From positions 1-64,000 of the IMG/VR virus record IMGVR_UViG_3300035663_000005: 64,000 bases of DNA, one strand, 5' to 3'. Positions 55,981-64,000 of the stretch are shown here, one piece after another (within the stretch, counting starts at the first letter, position 1; the number at the start of each line of letters is the position of its first letter). The position numbers were made by a program, and so were the translations under genes. This stretch comes from a virus (taxonomy: Duplodnaviria; Caudoviricetes). The notes under the pieces are model-generated. The model had not been told where the DNA came from and did no database searches. It saw only the letters and a program-made list of their open reading frames with translations.

Positions 55981-56012
55981 GAAAAGAAAAGGGGAGGAGT
56001 CGCCTCCTCCCC
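55981..56012 (-). terminator. Rho-independent terminator
   Basis: ggggaggag-tcgc-ctcctcccc followed by TTTTCTTTTC on minus strand. Confidence 0.85.
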
Positions 56013-56039
56013 AATCTCTGACAGTATTGAATTGTAAAA

Positions 56040-56795
56040 TCAGAACTTGATGCCGATACCGGCGGTGACATTCCAACTGTTCTCGTTGGCAGCGTTTACT
56101 TCCTGCCATACGGGAATACCGAAGCCTGCGTTCAGGTCAACATTGTTGGAGACCTTCCATTCAGCCTTTGGCCCAAGGAAAGCAACATTGCTGCCCTCGG
56201 TATACCACTGATTCAAGTCTAAGCCGACAGCAAGTGAATCCCACTTATAGGCAACAAACGACTCGGCGTTCAAACCGTAGTTATTGTAGTTACCGAACAC
56301 GGGGGTATAAGCATATGAGCCAACCCACAGAACATCAAAAGTCTGTGTGTAGACAACCGAACCCCAAGTCATGTCATAGTTGAAACCGACATGTGGGTTC
56401 ACATTATCTGTGCCGTATCCTGCTGACCCTGTTGGCATCCATGCACCCGCTTCAACGCTGAAGTTGGTGACTGAACCAAGAAACTTCTCGCCTGTGAACA
56501 AAGCGTAATCTACACCAACATCAATAGCACCATAACCGGTGGAGTCCTGTGAATAAACAGGAACGGTGATGTGCCAACCGAGCAGGTCATACAACTTGCC
56601 CTTAATGGTTGAGTCCAACTCCGTAACGGTGTCAACATTCTTCTTGCCCCAGAAGGTCAAGGTTTCGTCAACCGATACGCTGTTGAACATGGCAGGTGAT
56701 GCCTTCGTAGCCGGAGCCGAAGCAGTCTGAGCGAAAGTGCTGTGTGCCAAAACTACTGCGGCTACAGCGGCGAAGTATCTAAAGAATCGTGTCAT
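56040..56795 (-). CDS. Outer-membrane beta-barrel protein
   Basis: Signal peptide (TFA-Q), amphipathic strands, PTG motif, C-terminal AGIGIKF. Confidence 0.8.
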   Translation of the reverse strand: MTRFFRYFAAVAAVVLAHSTFAQTASAPATKASPAMFNSVSVDETLTFWGKKNVDTVTELDSTIKGKLYDLLGWHITVPVYSQDSTGYGAIDVGVDYALFTGEKFLGSVTNFSVEAGAWMPTGSAGYGTDNVNPHVGFNYDMTWGSVVYTQTFDVLWVGSYAYTPVFGNYNNYGLNAESFVAYKWDSLAVGLDLNQWYTEGSNVAFLGPKAEWKVSNNVDLNAGFGIPVWQEVNAANENSWNVTAGIGIKF

Positions 56796-56886
56796 TTCAT
56801 TTCTCCTTATAAGTTAGAACCCCTCAACTCCGAGGGGTCTAGTATATTGGCCTGAAATGTCTGACAGATTAGATTTATAAAATAGT

Positions 56887-57036
56887 TTAAATTTTAACTT
56901 TTATCGCTCTCAAAGTCACATCGTGACCTGGTGGATAAAGTTTCGGCAATCCTTGACGAGAAACGCCCTTTGGACGCTTGCGGGTTTTGTAGCCACCTTT
57001 TCGGAAAGCCTTTGTGCCATCTCTATTCTTTGCCAT
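56887..57036 (-). CDS. Small basic protein (49 aa, not in ORF track)
   Basis: MAKNRDGTKAFRKGGYKTRKRPKGVSRQGLPKLYPPGHDVTLRAIKVKI. Confidence 0.5.
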   Translation of the reverse strand: MAKNRDGTKAFRKGGYKTRKRPKGVSRQGLPKLYPPGHDVTLRAIKVKI

Positions 57037-57199
57037 CTGATTTGCTCTTTGATTTAGTTTCTTTTTTAATTTCTTCTTGTTCGTTGTGTAAATTTTCCGC
57101 TGCTTGTTCTTCTGGTGTTGCAGAAGGAAATTTTATAGGTTCGATAGAACCCATTTTCAATTTTTCTCTGAAGTTTGGCCCAAGAAAAAAATTTTTCAT
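57023..57199 (-). CDS. Small protein (58 aa, not in ORF track)
   Basis: MKNFFLGPNFREKLK...; TGATG coupling to upstream gene. Confidence 0.55.
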   Translation of the reverse strand: MKNFFLGPNFREKLKMGSIEPIKFPSATPEEQAAENLHNEQEEIKKETKSKSKSDGKE

Positions 57200-58092
57200 C
57201 AAGCGGTTCCTTTCATCACAAGATTATGTGCTTGTGTGAATCCTTTAACTATCTCGTGCCAATCACGAAGATTGATGAATGCTCTATTTACCGTGTTTTC
57301 ATCTCCAGGATCTCCGCCAGAGCAAACATTTGCTTTCTTGCAAAGTGCATCAGGAATGAAACTTAAATCTCCGTATATTGACCATCTTTGTCTAAAACCA
57401 CCGAATGTTTTTTTAATTCCACCTTCAGAATACATTACTACTATAGTTCCAATTCCAGGAATAATTTTTTCGATTGCAGGAATACCAGGACCAGTTGGAT
57501 CTTCTATAGTTGTTGCTTTCCATCCTTGTGGAGGACGATTATAAAAATCTGGAATTTTTGGTGGGGTTTTTTTGCCGCCAAAACCAAAAATCTTCTCTGT
57601 TAGAGAACGCTTTACTTCTTCGTGCAACTTCTTTTGATAGTAGTAAGCACTTCCGCTTAGTTGTGCAGATTCAATTTTACCTAAAGCGTAACGCCTTGAT
57701 AGTGCAGGAATAATTTCTGCCGCAAGTTTGGTGATTAGATCTTTCTCTTTTTGTGTGCATTCCGTCTTTAGAATGCTTAGAACCTTGTCTGGATTATTAG
57801 AGTTCTGATTGATTTTTGCTGCCAATCGGGGGAGAACGATTGAAGAGAAAGAAGTTAAAAGTAGTTGTTCGTTTGGAGTAGCCGACTTCTTGAACCATCC
57901 GAAAAATTCTGAAACAGGAATTACAATTTGAGGATTGCGATCCGAAAGTGTTTGCAACATTTCGTCAATAGTTACTTCACGATCTTCTTTCGACAAAACT
58001 GAAACAGGGGTTGGGGCGACGGGTGTAGTTTCAGCCTTATTTGGTTGAAACTTGGCGACTTCTTCCTGCAATTTCTTTTGATAATGATACAT
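57199..58092 (-). CDS. Hypothetical late protein with duplicated motif
   Basis: AGGAG RBS; TATAAATA at 58123-58130; YxYQKKLxEEV occurs twice. Confidence 0.7.
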   Translation of the reverse strand: MYHYQKKLQEEVAKFQPNKAETTPVAPTPVSVLSKEDREVTIDEMLQTLSDRNPQIVIPVSEFFGWFKKSATPNEQLLLTSFSSIVLPRLAAKINQNSNNPDKVLSILKTECTQKEKDLITKLAAEIIPALSRRYALGKIESAQLSGSAYYYQKKLHEEVKRSLTEKIFGFGGKKTPPKIPDFYNRPPQGWKATTIEDPTGPGIPAIEKIIPGIGTIVVMYSEGGIKKTFGGFRQRWSIYGDLSFIPDALCKKANVCSGGDPGDENTVNRAFINLRDWHEIVKGFTQAHNLVMKGTA

Positions 58093-58187
58093 TTTTTCTC
58101 CCTGAAAAAAGTTTTTCTAAAGTATTTATATTTAATTGCCCTGCGGGGGGGTATAAAGTTTTCAAAACAACTTAATAAATAAATAAG

Positions 58188-58309
58188 ATCAATAAAAAGG
58201 ACTCAAAATGCACTCAAACAGAATTGAACACTTTCTGTACGCAAACACAATTCCAACCGAACTTAACTATCAAACCGATATTTTAAGATCTTTAGTGTAT
58301 ACTGATGGA
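58188..58309 (+). repeat. 122-bp direct repeat, copy 1
   Basis: Identical by eye to 59883-60004. Confidence 0.95.
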
Positions 58310-59890
58310 GCAGAGTATCCTTATTCTTTGAATCCTGTTGATATGCCAGTGTATGTGGGTCGATTACGAGATTCTGTTACAAAAATTTTAAATAATGCAA
58401 ATGGTGTAAGTCAAGAGTGTGTTGGTGCATTTACACAAGCCGTTTGTGATTACGAAAAAAAATTGGCTGATATTAATGATAAAATAAGACAAGAAACAGA
58501 TAATTTTCTAAAAAACCTAATAAACAACTACATGGATTGGTTAGAATCTTTAGGATCTTATTTACCGATATCTGAGATTTATGATAAGTTTTTAACTGCT
58601 TTAGGTCAAGAAGCAGAATCACTAGGACTTGCTGCTTCAGGTTTTTTTGGAACTTCTGAGGTTATTGACGCATATAATACTATACAATCTCAAATGCAAT
58701 CATTGCCTGAGAATATACAAAATGCTTGGAGAGGGTATAGGCATAATATTGCTCAGTCAACCAGGGTAACTGGTGAAATAAATCAATTAAATACATTAAT
58801 AGAATCACTTAGAAGAACCCCTCCTTCACTTATCCCCTCAAATGCTAGTAGAGAAAGATTACTTAATCAATATTTAAGTCAACTTAACGATAAAAAAAGA
58901 GAACTAATAGCAATTCAAAATCTTATATCATCGTATTCGAGTGCTTTATTAGACTTTGTTAGAAATAATCCACAAGCAGCAAGTATTCAGGGATTTAGAC
59001 GGGCTATAGAACAAATAATTATAGTAAAGATAAAGCCTACGCCTCCTCCGGGTGCTAGACCAGGATTTGTTAATGTTGAAAACATTAGAGATGCATTTAA
59101 ATGGATTGCTGGAACTTTAAAAAGATTAAAAAATGTGCTTAAAGCAGCATTAGTAGCACTGGGAGCAGCAGCACTTGGTGCTTTAATAGGAGTGTCTGTA
59201 CTGTTAACTGCAGCATTAGAAAGACTTTTGTTTGAAATATCATCGGCTTGCAATACTTGGGAAAATAAAGTTCGGGAATTAGAAAATGTTCATAGATTTA
59301 GAGCATCAAGCGAATTTTATGAAAAAATAAATGAAATTTTAACTGATGGTTGTTGCGATAAGTCCTGTCCTCCAATTTGTAGTGGTGGTTCAGGAAGTGG
59401 TTCAGGAAGTAATACAGGTTCTGGAGGAGGTTCTGGTAGCGGTGTAGGATCATCTTGCACTGAAGGAGTCGGATTAACTCTTCTGATGGGCAGCAAATAT
59501 ATTCCTACCTATTATGATTCCATCAATATAAATTACAAGAATATGTCTCAGGTGGCAGAACCTGGAAAGTGTGGATATTTGGATGATTGCCCTCCAAGAG
59601 ATGTTTTTAATTGCACTATATGTGGAAGTTTAACAGTTGATTCTAACAATATTCCTGTTTCATATCCTGATAATAACTGGAAAACATGTAGAGATACAAT
59701 AAGGACTATTCCTTCAAACACTGTAAACGAACCACCACTTATGCCAAGACACACTTGTGCTTGCGGATGGCCAGATGAACAAAATCTGACTAGTCCTTGT
59801 GATATTGCTGGTCAACTTTATGATGCTGCAACCGATTTAGTTAAAGATATACTGAGCACTATTGGCGGCGGAATTACAACAAATCAATAA
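58208..59890 (+). CDS. Hypothetical: helical region, hydrophobic segment, GS linker, Cys-rich C-terminus
   Basis: 560-aa ORF with AAGGA RBS. Confidence 0.8.
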   Translation: MHSNRIEHFLYANTIPTELNYQTDILRSLVYTDGAEYPYSLNPVDMPVYVGRLRDSVTKILNNANGVSQECVGAFTQAVCDYEKKLADINDKIRQETDNFLKNLINNYMDWLESLGSYLPISEIYDKFLTALGQEAESLGLAASGFFGTSEVIDAYNTIQSQMQSLPENIQNAWRGYRHNIAQSTRVTGEINQLNTLIESLRRTPPSLIPSNASRERLLNQYLSQLNDKKRELIAIQNLISSYSSALLDFVRNNPQAASIQGFRRAIEQIIIVKIKPTPPPGARPGFVNVENIRDAFKWIAGTLKRLKNVLKAALVALGAAALGALIGVSVLLTAALERLLFEISSACNTWENKVRELENVHRFRASSEFYEKINEILTDGCCDKSCPPICSGGSGSGSGSNTGSGGGSGSGVGSSCTEGVGLTLLMGSKYIPTYYDSININYKNMSQVAEPGKCGYLDDCPPRDVFNCTICGSLTVDSNNIPVSYPDNNWKTCRDTIRTIPSNTVNEPPLMPRHTCACGWPDEQNLTSPCDIAGQLYDAATDLVKDILSTIGGGITTNQ

Positions 59891-60004
59891 AAAGGACTCA
59901 AAATGCACTCAAACAGAATTGAACACTTTCTGTACGCAAACACAATTCCAACCGAACTTAACTATCAAACCGATATTTTAAGATCTTTAGTGTATACTGA
60001 TGGA
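59883..60004 (+). repeat. 122-bp direct repeat, copy 2
   Basis: Identical by eye to 58188-58309 (offset 1695). Confidence 0.95.
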
Positions 60005-60010
60005 ATATGA
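59903..60010 (+). pseudogene. 35-aa stub duplicating the N-terminus of 58208..59890
   Basis: MHSNRIEHFLYANTIPTELNYQTDILRSLVYTDGI then stop. Confidence 0.7.
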
Positions 60011-60040
60011 TATTGCCTGAATATTTACAACAAATAACAG

Positions 60041-60610
60041 ATGAAATCGTTTCGCACATTTTTAAACGAGCAAAGCGACCCAAAATGTTTGGAGCAATCC
60101 AAATTTGTTTGGCGTGGTGCTGTTAAAGAGAGTGCTATCTGTAATTTTAAAAATGGGATTGTGTGGCAGGGAGCCATTCAATCTGTTCCGCTTTTCAATA
60201 TTAAAGGTGGAATAATGTGGGAAGGAGCCTTGCAAGCCAAGGCTATCGGTAACTTTAAAGGCGGCATCCTTTGGGCAGGCATGATTCAACAAACTCCGCT
60301 ATGCAACATGCGCGAAGGAGTTGTATGGCAAGGAGCGGTTCAAGCAAAGGCTGTTGCCAACTACGGCATACAGATTGGTCAAGCAAACGAGTGCGGTTCT
60401 GAAAGTCTGTTCTTGTGGAAAGATATGGTTAGAAGTGTTGCGTTCTTTAATTCTAACACTAAACTTAGCAACCACATGAAAATGGCTTTAGTGTATTGGT
60501 TCTTGATGCGAACAACCAAGTCTACAAATAAAAAAGCAGCCTCGGCGGTTAAGCCAAAGGCTGCTGTTTCAAAGCCAAAGTCTAAATCGACTCAAGCATC
60601 CAAAGCGTAA
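60041..60610 (+). CDS. 18-aa repeat protein, probable internal head protein
   Basis: Starts MKSFRTFLNE; five W.GA.Q.....N...G repeats; basic tail. Confidence 0.75.
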   Translation: MKSFRTFLNEQSDPKCLEQSKFVWRGAVKESAICNFKNGIVWQGAIQSVPLFNIKGGIMWEGALQAKAIGNFKGGILWAGMIQQTPLCNMREGVVWQGAVQAKAVANYGIQIGQANECGSESLFLWKDMVRSVAFFNSNTKLSNHMKMALVYWFLMRTTKSTNKKAASAVKPKAAVSKPKSKSTQASKA

Positions 60611-61425
60611 TAATTCGTCGTTTTGCTTGGCGAGTTGTTGATGAAGTTTTCAATACCTTGCATGATTTCATAAAACTTCTGCTTGTCTGAAACCATCTCC
60701 TGCTCCGTCAGGTCTTCGGTAAGAATGCGAGGAGTGGTGAAATCTGGAAGTGCGGTATCTACACCTATATTCCAATTCCTGCTTCCCCATTGCAAACGAG
60801 GAGGCTGACTCTTCATGTCTTCAGGATGAGAAACTCGCTTAACCCTGTTCCATTGGTTTTCATCCCAACTGTTGTGAGAAGTCAACTCTCCGAATGTGCG
60901 AGTAGAAACATCGGGTGAGTGCGCCCACACGCGAGCGTAAACCTGCTCCCAAATTACACGAGCCAAGTCGGGAGTAATCAGAAGAAACTGACAACCGTTC
61001 ACCGAGATGCCCTTGCCTCTGCTGTAATCTTCTTCAAACATCTTGAACAAGCGGTTGTTCATGTTCGCTTCATGGGTAGCCATGTTCCACGAGTCGCTTG
61101 GGTCTGCATCAATCTTGTGAAGCACACTTAAAGGAGCCAACGGCTTATGGTCGGAAAGCATGGGTGTGCCGAACACACCCTCTAATTCCCGAATTTCCAT
61201 CGGATACCAACAGTTTGTCCCGTTGCTGCCAAGCCCACGCGGAGCAGCACCAAGCCACTCACGAGCAAACAGGGCAACGCAATGTGGGCGGTTGGACTTC
61301 AATCTCCAAAAGTGAAGTTCCACAATGTTGTGCTGCTGCAAACCGTTGAACAGAATGGTGTGCTTGTTCACTACAGGAACGCCGTGAATCTTGGATAGTG
61401 TCATGGTGTCGTCACGCATTTTCAT
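60592..61425 (-). CDS. Hypothetical protein
   Basis: 277-aa ORF; AAGGA RBS. Confidence 0.65.
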   Translation of the reverse strand: MKMRDDTMTLSKIHGVPVVNKHTILFNGLQQHNIVELHFWRLKSNRPHCVALFAREWLGAAPRGLGSNGTNCWYPMEIRELEGVFGTPMLSDHKPLAPLSVLHKIDADPSDSWNMATHEANMNNRLFKMFEEDYSRGKGISVNGCQFLLITPDLARVIWEQVYARVWAHSPDVSTRTFGELTSHNSWDENQWNRVKRVSHPEDMKSQPPRLQWGSRNWNIGVDTALPDFTTPRILTEDLTEQEMVSDKQKFYEIMQGIENFINNSPSKTTNYYALDA

Positions 61426-61648
61426 TTCCTTTTAACGCTGGATATCGGTCTTGGATTCGTCCCATTGTTTCCGATAAATCTTTTCCTTCCCGGAACGCTT
61501 GCATCATGTCCATCAGAAAAATGGTGTTGTGTTCGTTGCCTGCAATCAACACTTCATCAAACAAGAGATAGAACATCTCTCTAGTTTGTTCTGCGGTGAC
61601 TGCGTATTCCTTGCCTTCATGCCGGTAAATCCAAAGTGGAGAGGTCAT
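61412..61648 (-). CDS. Hypothetical protein
   Basis: Tightly packed ORF with RBS. Confidence 0.6.
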   Translation of the reverse strand: MTSPLWIYRHEGKEYAVTAEQTREMFYLLFDEVLIAGNEHNTIFLMDMMQAFREGKDLSETMGRIQDRYPALKGNENA

Positions 61649-61650
61649 AA

Positions 61651-62028
61651 TTAAATTCCTAGTTCCTTTCGGATGAGTTCCTTGTTTTCATTCGTTGGAT
61701 TGTAGAAGCAGTGCTGAAGGTGCGGAGGAAGAATTCTACAAATCCAACCAGTAGGGTCAGTCTGGTCGTAGTGCCGAAGCATCTGTTCCCAATCTGCACG
61801 AGCCATTGGTAAATCTTCAAACTGCTTTGTGCCGTAAGAGGTGCGACTGCCTGCCTCAAAGTCTCGCACCCATACCGAATCGCCGGGACGCAATACCTTG
61901 TATGTTGAGTCATGCAGGTCAAGCGGAATAAGGTATTCACGCATCCACATTTGACCAGTTAAACGATTGAAGCACAGCAGACAGTAAACCGAGAACGGGG
62001 CCTTCACATCGGTGGCATTACTCGACAT
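61651..62028 (-). CDS. Hypothetical protein
   Basis: Start MSSNAT after GGGAG; ARADWE motif. Confidence 0.6.
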   Translation of the reverse strand: MSSNATDVKAPFSVYCLLCFNRLTGQMWMREYLIPLDLHDSTYKVLRPGDSVWVRDFEAGSRTSYGTKQFEDLPMARADWEQMLRHYDQTDPTGWICRILPPHLQHCFYNPTNENKELIRKELGI

Positions 62029-62269
62029 CGAGAATTGCTCCCATGTTAACGAGCCTATCCCATTGCTTGCGAGCATTTTCAACCGTCAATTCAATGGTGT
62101 TGATGCACTTGTCTTTAAAAAAGTGACAGCACATTACATTTCGTGGGTCGGTTTTAACAAGAGTGAAACTCCAAGTTTCTTTCTCATATAGGTGATGAGT
62201 CATCACCAAACGATGAGTGATAAACTTTTCCTTGTTGGTCTGATTGGTTTCCCATTTAGCCCAATTCAT
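62018..62269 (-). CDS. Hypothetical protein
   Basis: TVENARKQWDRL motif; GGTGGAG RBS. Confidence 0.6.
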   Translation of the reverse strand: MNWAKWETNQTNKEKFITHRLVMTHHLYEKETWSFTLVKTDPRNVMCCHFFKDKCINTIELTVENARKQWDRLVNMGAILDVE

Positions 62270-62523
62270 GCTCCACCTTCTTCCGCAAAGATTTGACCTC
62301 GTTCGTGAAGTTCAGAAAGACGCAGAATGGGATGAGCAAGCGCGTCACGAAAACGATTGAGTGATTCGTGCAATCCTTCAATGGTATCTCCCAACACACT
62401 TGCAAAGTGCGGAGAGACCGCAGTAAGGATTCCGTTTTCATACCCTGCTTCGTGAATTGCGAAGTATTCGTTCTCGGGGTCGGTGTCGTGGTGAACCACG
62501 CGATGATTCCATGTGAATTCCAT
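62266..62523 (-). CDS. Conserved phage hypothetical protein
   Basis: WNHRVV....AIHE..Y.......L......A...PIL. Confidence 0.7.
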   Translation of the reverse strand: MEFTWNHRVVHHDTDPENEYFAIHEAGYENGILTAVSPHFASVLGDTIEGLHESLNRFRDALAHPILRLSELHERGQIFAEEGGA

Positions 62524-62535
62524 TTTCAATTTTCC

Positions 62536-62832
62536 TTACTTGGTGGGAGTATACGATTGGTCGCCACGACGCTCGGTTTTCTGAATGAGATACCTACCGT
62601 TCTGCTTGGTGATATAGTGTTCCCACAGTTGACGAGCGTTTTCCACAGTGCCAGTCCAAGTGCTGAGAATCTTGCCAGGCTCACCGTTGGTGTCTGCCCG
62701 AACCAAGACTCGGCACTGATGAACATGCTTGAAAGGTTTGGTGTGAACCACAAACTGCACCCATTCCTGTCGCTTGTAGCCGCCGTAGTCATCTTCAACC
62801 AACAGCCAATAGTGAATCACTTCCCAATTCAT
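62536..62832 (-). CDS. Hypothetical protein
   Basis: TVENARQLWEHY motif; GAGGAG upstream. Confidence 0.6.
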   Translation of the reverse strand: MNWEVIHYWLLVEDDYGGYKRQEWVQFVVHTKPFKHVHQCRVLVRADTNGEPGKILSTWTGTVENARQLWEHYITKQNGRYLIQKTERRGDQSYTPTK

Positions 62833-62834
62833 TT

Positions 62835-63065
62835 TCAGTCTTCTCCTCGCCAGTTTCTGGCCCAAACTTCTTCTCGGTAATCCTCAAGCCCCTTAACCTC
62901 TTCACGAAGGCTTTCAATCTCCATCGCGGCTCGGTCAAGCAGCCACTCAATACCCTTCTTCCCGCTGAACCATGCAGCGGCTTCACGCAAGTCCTTCACA
63001 ATATCAGGAGTCTCCTGAACGGGAGTCTTGCGAACAGTCTTCTTCTTGGTCTTCTTGGTTTTCAT
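62835..63065 (-). CDS. Hypothetical protein
   Basis: DIV..LR....AA.EIE.LR phage motif. Confidence 0.65.
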   Translation of the reverse strand: MKTKKTKKKTVRKTPVQETPDIVKDLREAAAWFSGKKGIEWLLDRAAMEIESLREEVKGLEDYREEVWARNWRGED

Positions 63066-63073
63066 TTTTTCTT

Positions 63074-63310
63074 TCAGTAAAGGTTCGGATAGTTTGGATT
63101 GTCTTTCAAGGTTTCGTTCATCACTTGAATCATTGCTCGCATGCGTGTGTCATCGTTTGAAAATTGGTTGGAGTAGTAAATGCCCCAAACAGTTCGCATC
63201 GCTTGACGCAACCGCAGTATTTCACTGCCCGCAGCACACGAAAGTTCATCGCTGCGACGAAACAGTTCGTCCACGATGTCTCGCTTGAATGATGCAGAGG
63301 TTGTCATCAC
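63074..63310 (-). CDS. Hypothetical protein
   Basis: DIVDEL....A..EI.RLR motif, similar to 62835..63065. Confidence 0.6.
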   Translation of the reverse strand: MMTTSASFKRDIVDELFRRSDELSCAAGSEILRLRQAMRTVWGIYYSNQFSNDDTRMRAMIQVMNETLKDNPNYPNLY

Positions 63311-63870
63311 AGTCCTGCTTTCTTACGAATCTCTTCCAACGAAATCGGCGTGTAGTTGATTCGTTCCACACACACCGAAAAGTAACGAGGGTCTTCCGCC
63401 TGACATGCTCGCATCGGCTCCTCGGGGTCATCGTGCATTTCCATCACGGCTTCCGCGTGAAGATGAGCATGAATGTTCAGCCACCATCCACCAGTCCGAT
63501 GCCGATACAAGGAATTCGGATGCAGCGGAATGTGCGAAAGAATCTCCTTGTCCATTCTGTGATACGCACGAATATCCTTGAAATACTTCAGGTATTCGCC
63601 TGGCTTCAGAATGTCGTGATTGCCCTTGATAAGAATCTTGGAACCGTTAAGAGAACCAAGAATTTTCAAAGCCTGATTCGTGAATGCAACATCACCCATC
63701 ACATACACCTTATCAGCAGAACGCACCGTAGCGTTCCACCGTTCTGCCATCACCGCATCTCCCTCGGCGGCATTCGCAAACGGGCGAACTCGCTCACCGT
63801 TTGAACGAGTGAAGCGGTAAATGTTGTCGTGCCCGAAGTGCGGACAACCGATGAAGAAGGTGTTAGCCAT
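63307..63870 (-). CDS. Calcineurin-like metallophosphoesterase
   Basis: PHFGH, MGDV, KGNHD, SHIP, HAHLH. Confidence 0.9.
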   Translation of the reverse strand: MANTFFIGCPHFGHDNIYRFTRSNGERVRPFANAAEGDAVMAERWNATVRSADKVYVMGDVAFTNQALKILGSLNGSKILIKGNHDILKPGEYLKYFKDIRAYHRMDKEILSHIPLHPNSLYRHRTGGWWLNIHAHLHAEAVMEMHDDPEEPMRACQAEDPRYFSVCVERINYTPISLEEIRKKAGL

Positions 63871-64000
63871 TATCGCTGCCCACCAATCTCCATCGTGAGG
63901 TTTGAGGGGGAAACGCGAGCATGCGGATTCGGCGTATCACCGATGGGAGGATATCGCATCAGCAGAGCAAGCATCTGCTTGGTGCGCTCGTCGCACAGTC
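63870..64000 (-). CDS. Hypothetical protein, 3' end (partial)
   Basis: Open frame from window edge ending TAA, overlapping next ATG. Confidence 0.45.
   Translation of the reverse strand, partial: LCDERTKQMLALLMRYPPIGDTPNPHARVSPSNLTMEIGGQR

Noticed and set aside
58188-60004. Transposon or diversity-generating retroelement
   Set aside because: No transposase, reverse transcriptase or inverted ends; the repeats are identical with no adenine-specific differences

Overview
This window is a 64-kb segment of a large T4-like (myovirus-type) bacteriophage genome, transcribed almost entirely from the minus strand, and all functional calls come from motif recognition by eye with no searches run. From left to right it holds collagen and LamG-type fibre genes, thyX, primase (gp61), a block of probable head-packaged proteins (including a GH24 lysozyme and a 996-aa multidomain nucleotidyltransferase/RimK/protease protein), and helicase (gp41). 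Next come a ~15-kb sugar-biosynthesis and glycosyltransferase island, uvsX, DNA polymerase (gp43), a nucleotide-modification cassette (MTase, SAM decarboxylase, Mom-like, Nmad1-like, dUTPase), regA, and the clamp loader and clamp. After these are a dispersed tRNA region (18 tRNAs in the window, one tRNA-like RNA, guaC, gmd, a ferritin-like gene), holin/lipoprotein/beta-barrel genes, a plus-strand gene flanked by a 122-bp exact direct repeat, and small early-type ORFs. The most interesting signals are the putative capsid-packaged RimK polyprotein system, the SAM-decarboxylase-linked DNA modification cassette, fungal-type GT15 glycosyltransferases, the repeat-flanked cassette, unusual tRNAs (Ser-ACT, Ile-TAT) and a non-canonical cloverleaf ncRNA. 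A beta-barrel and a lipoprotein suggest a diderm host.
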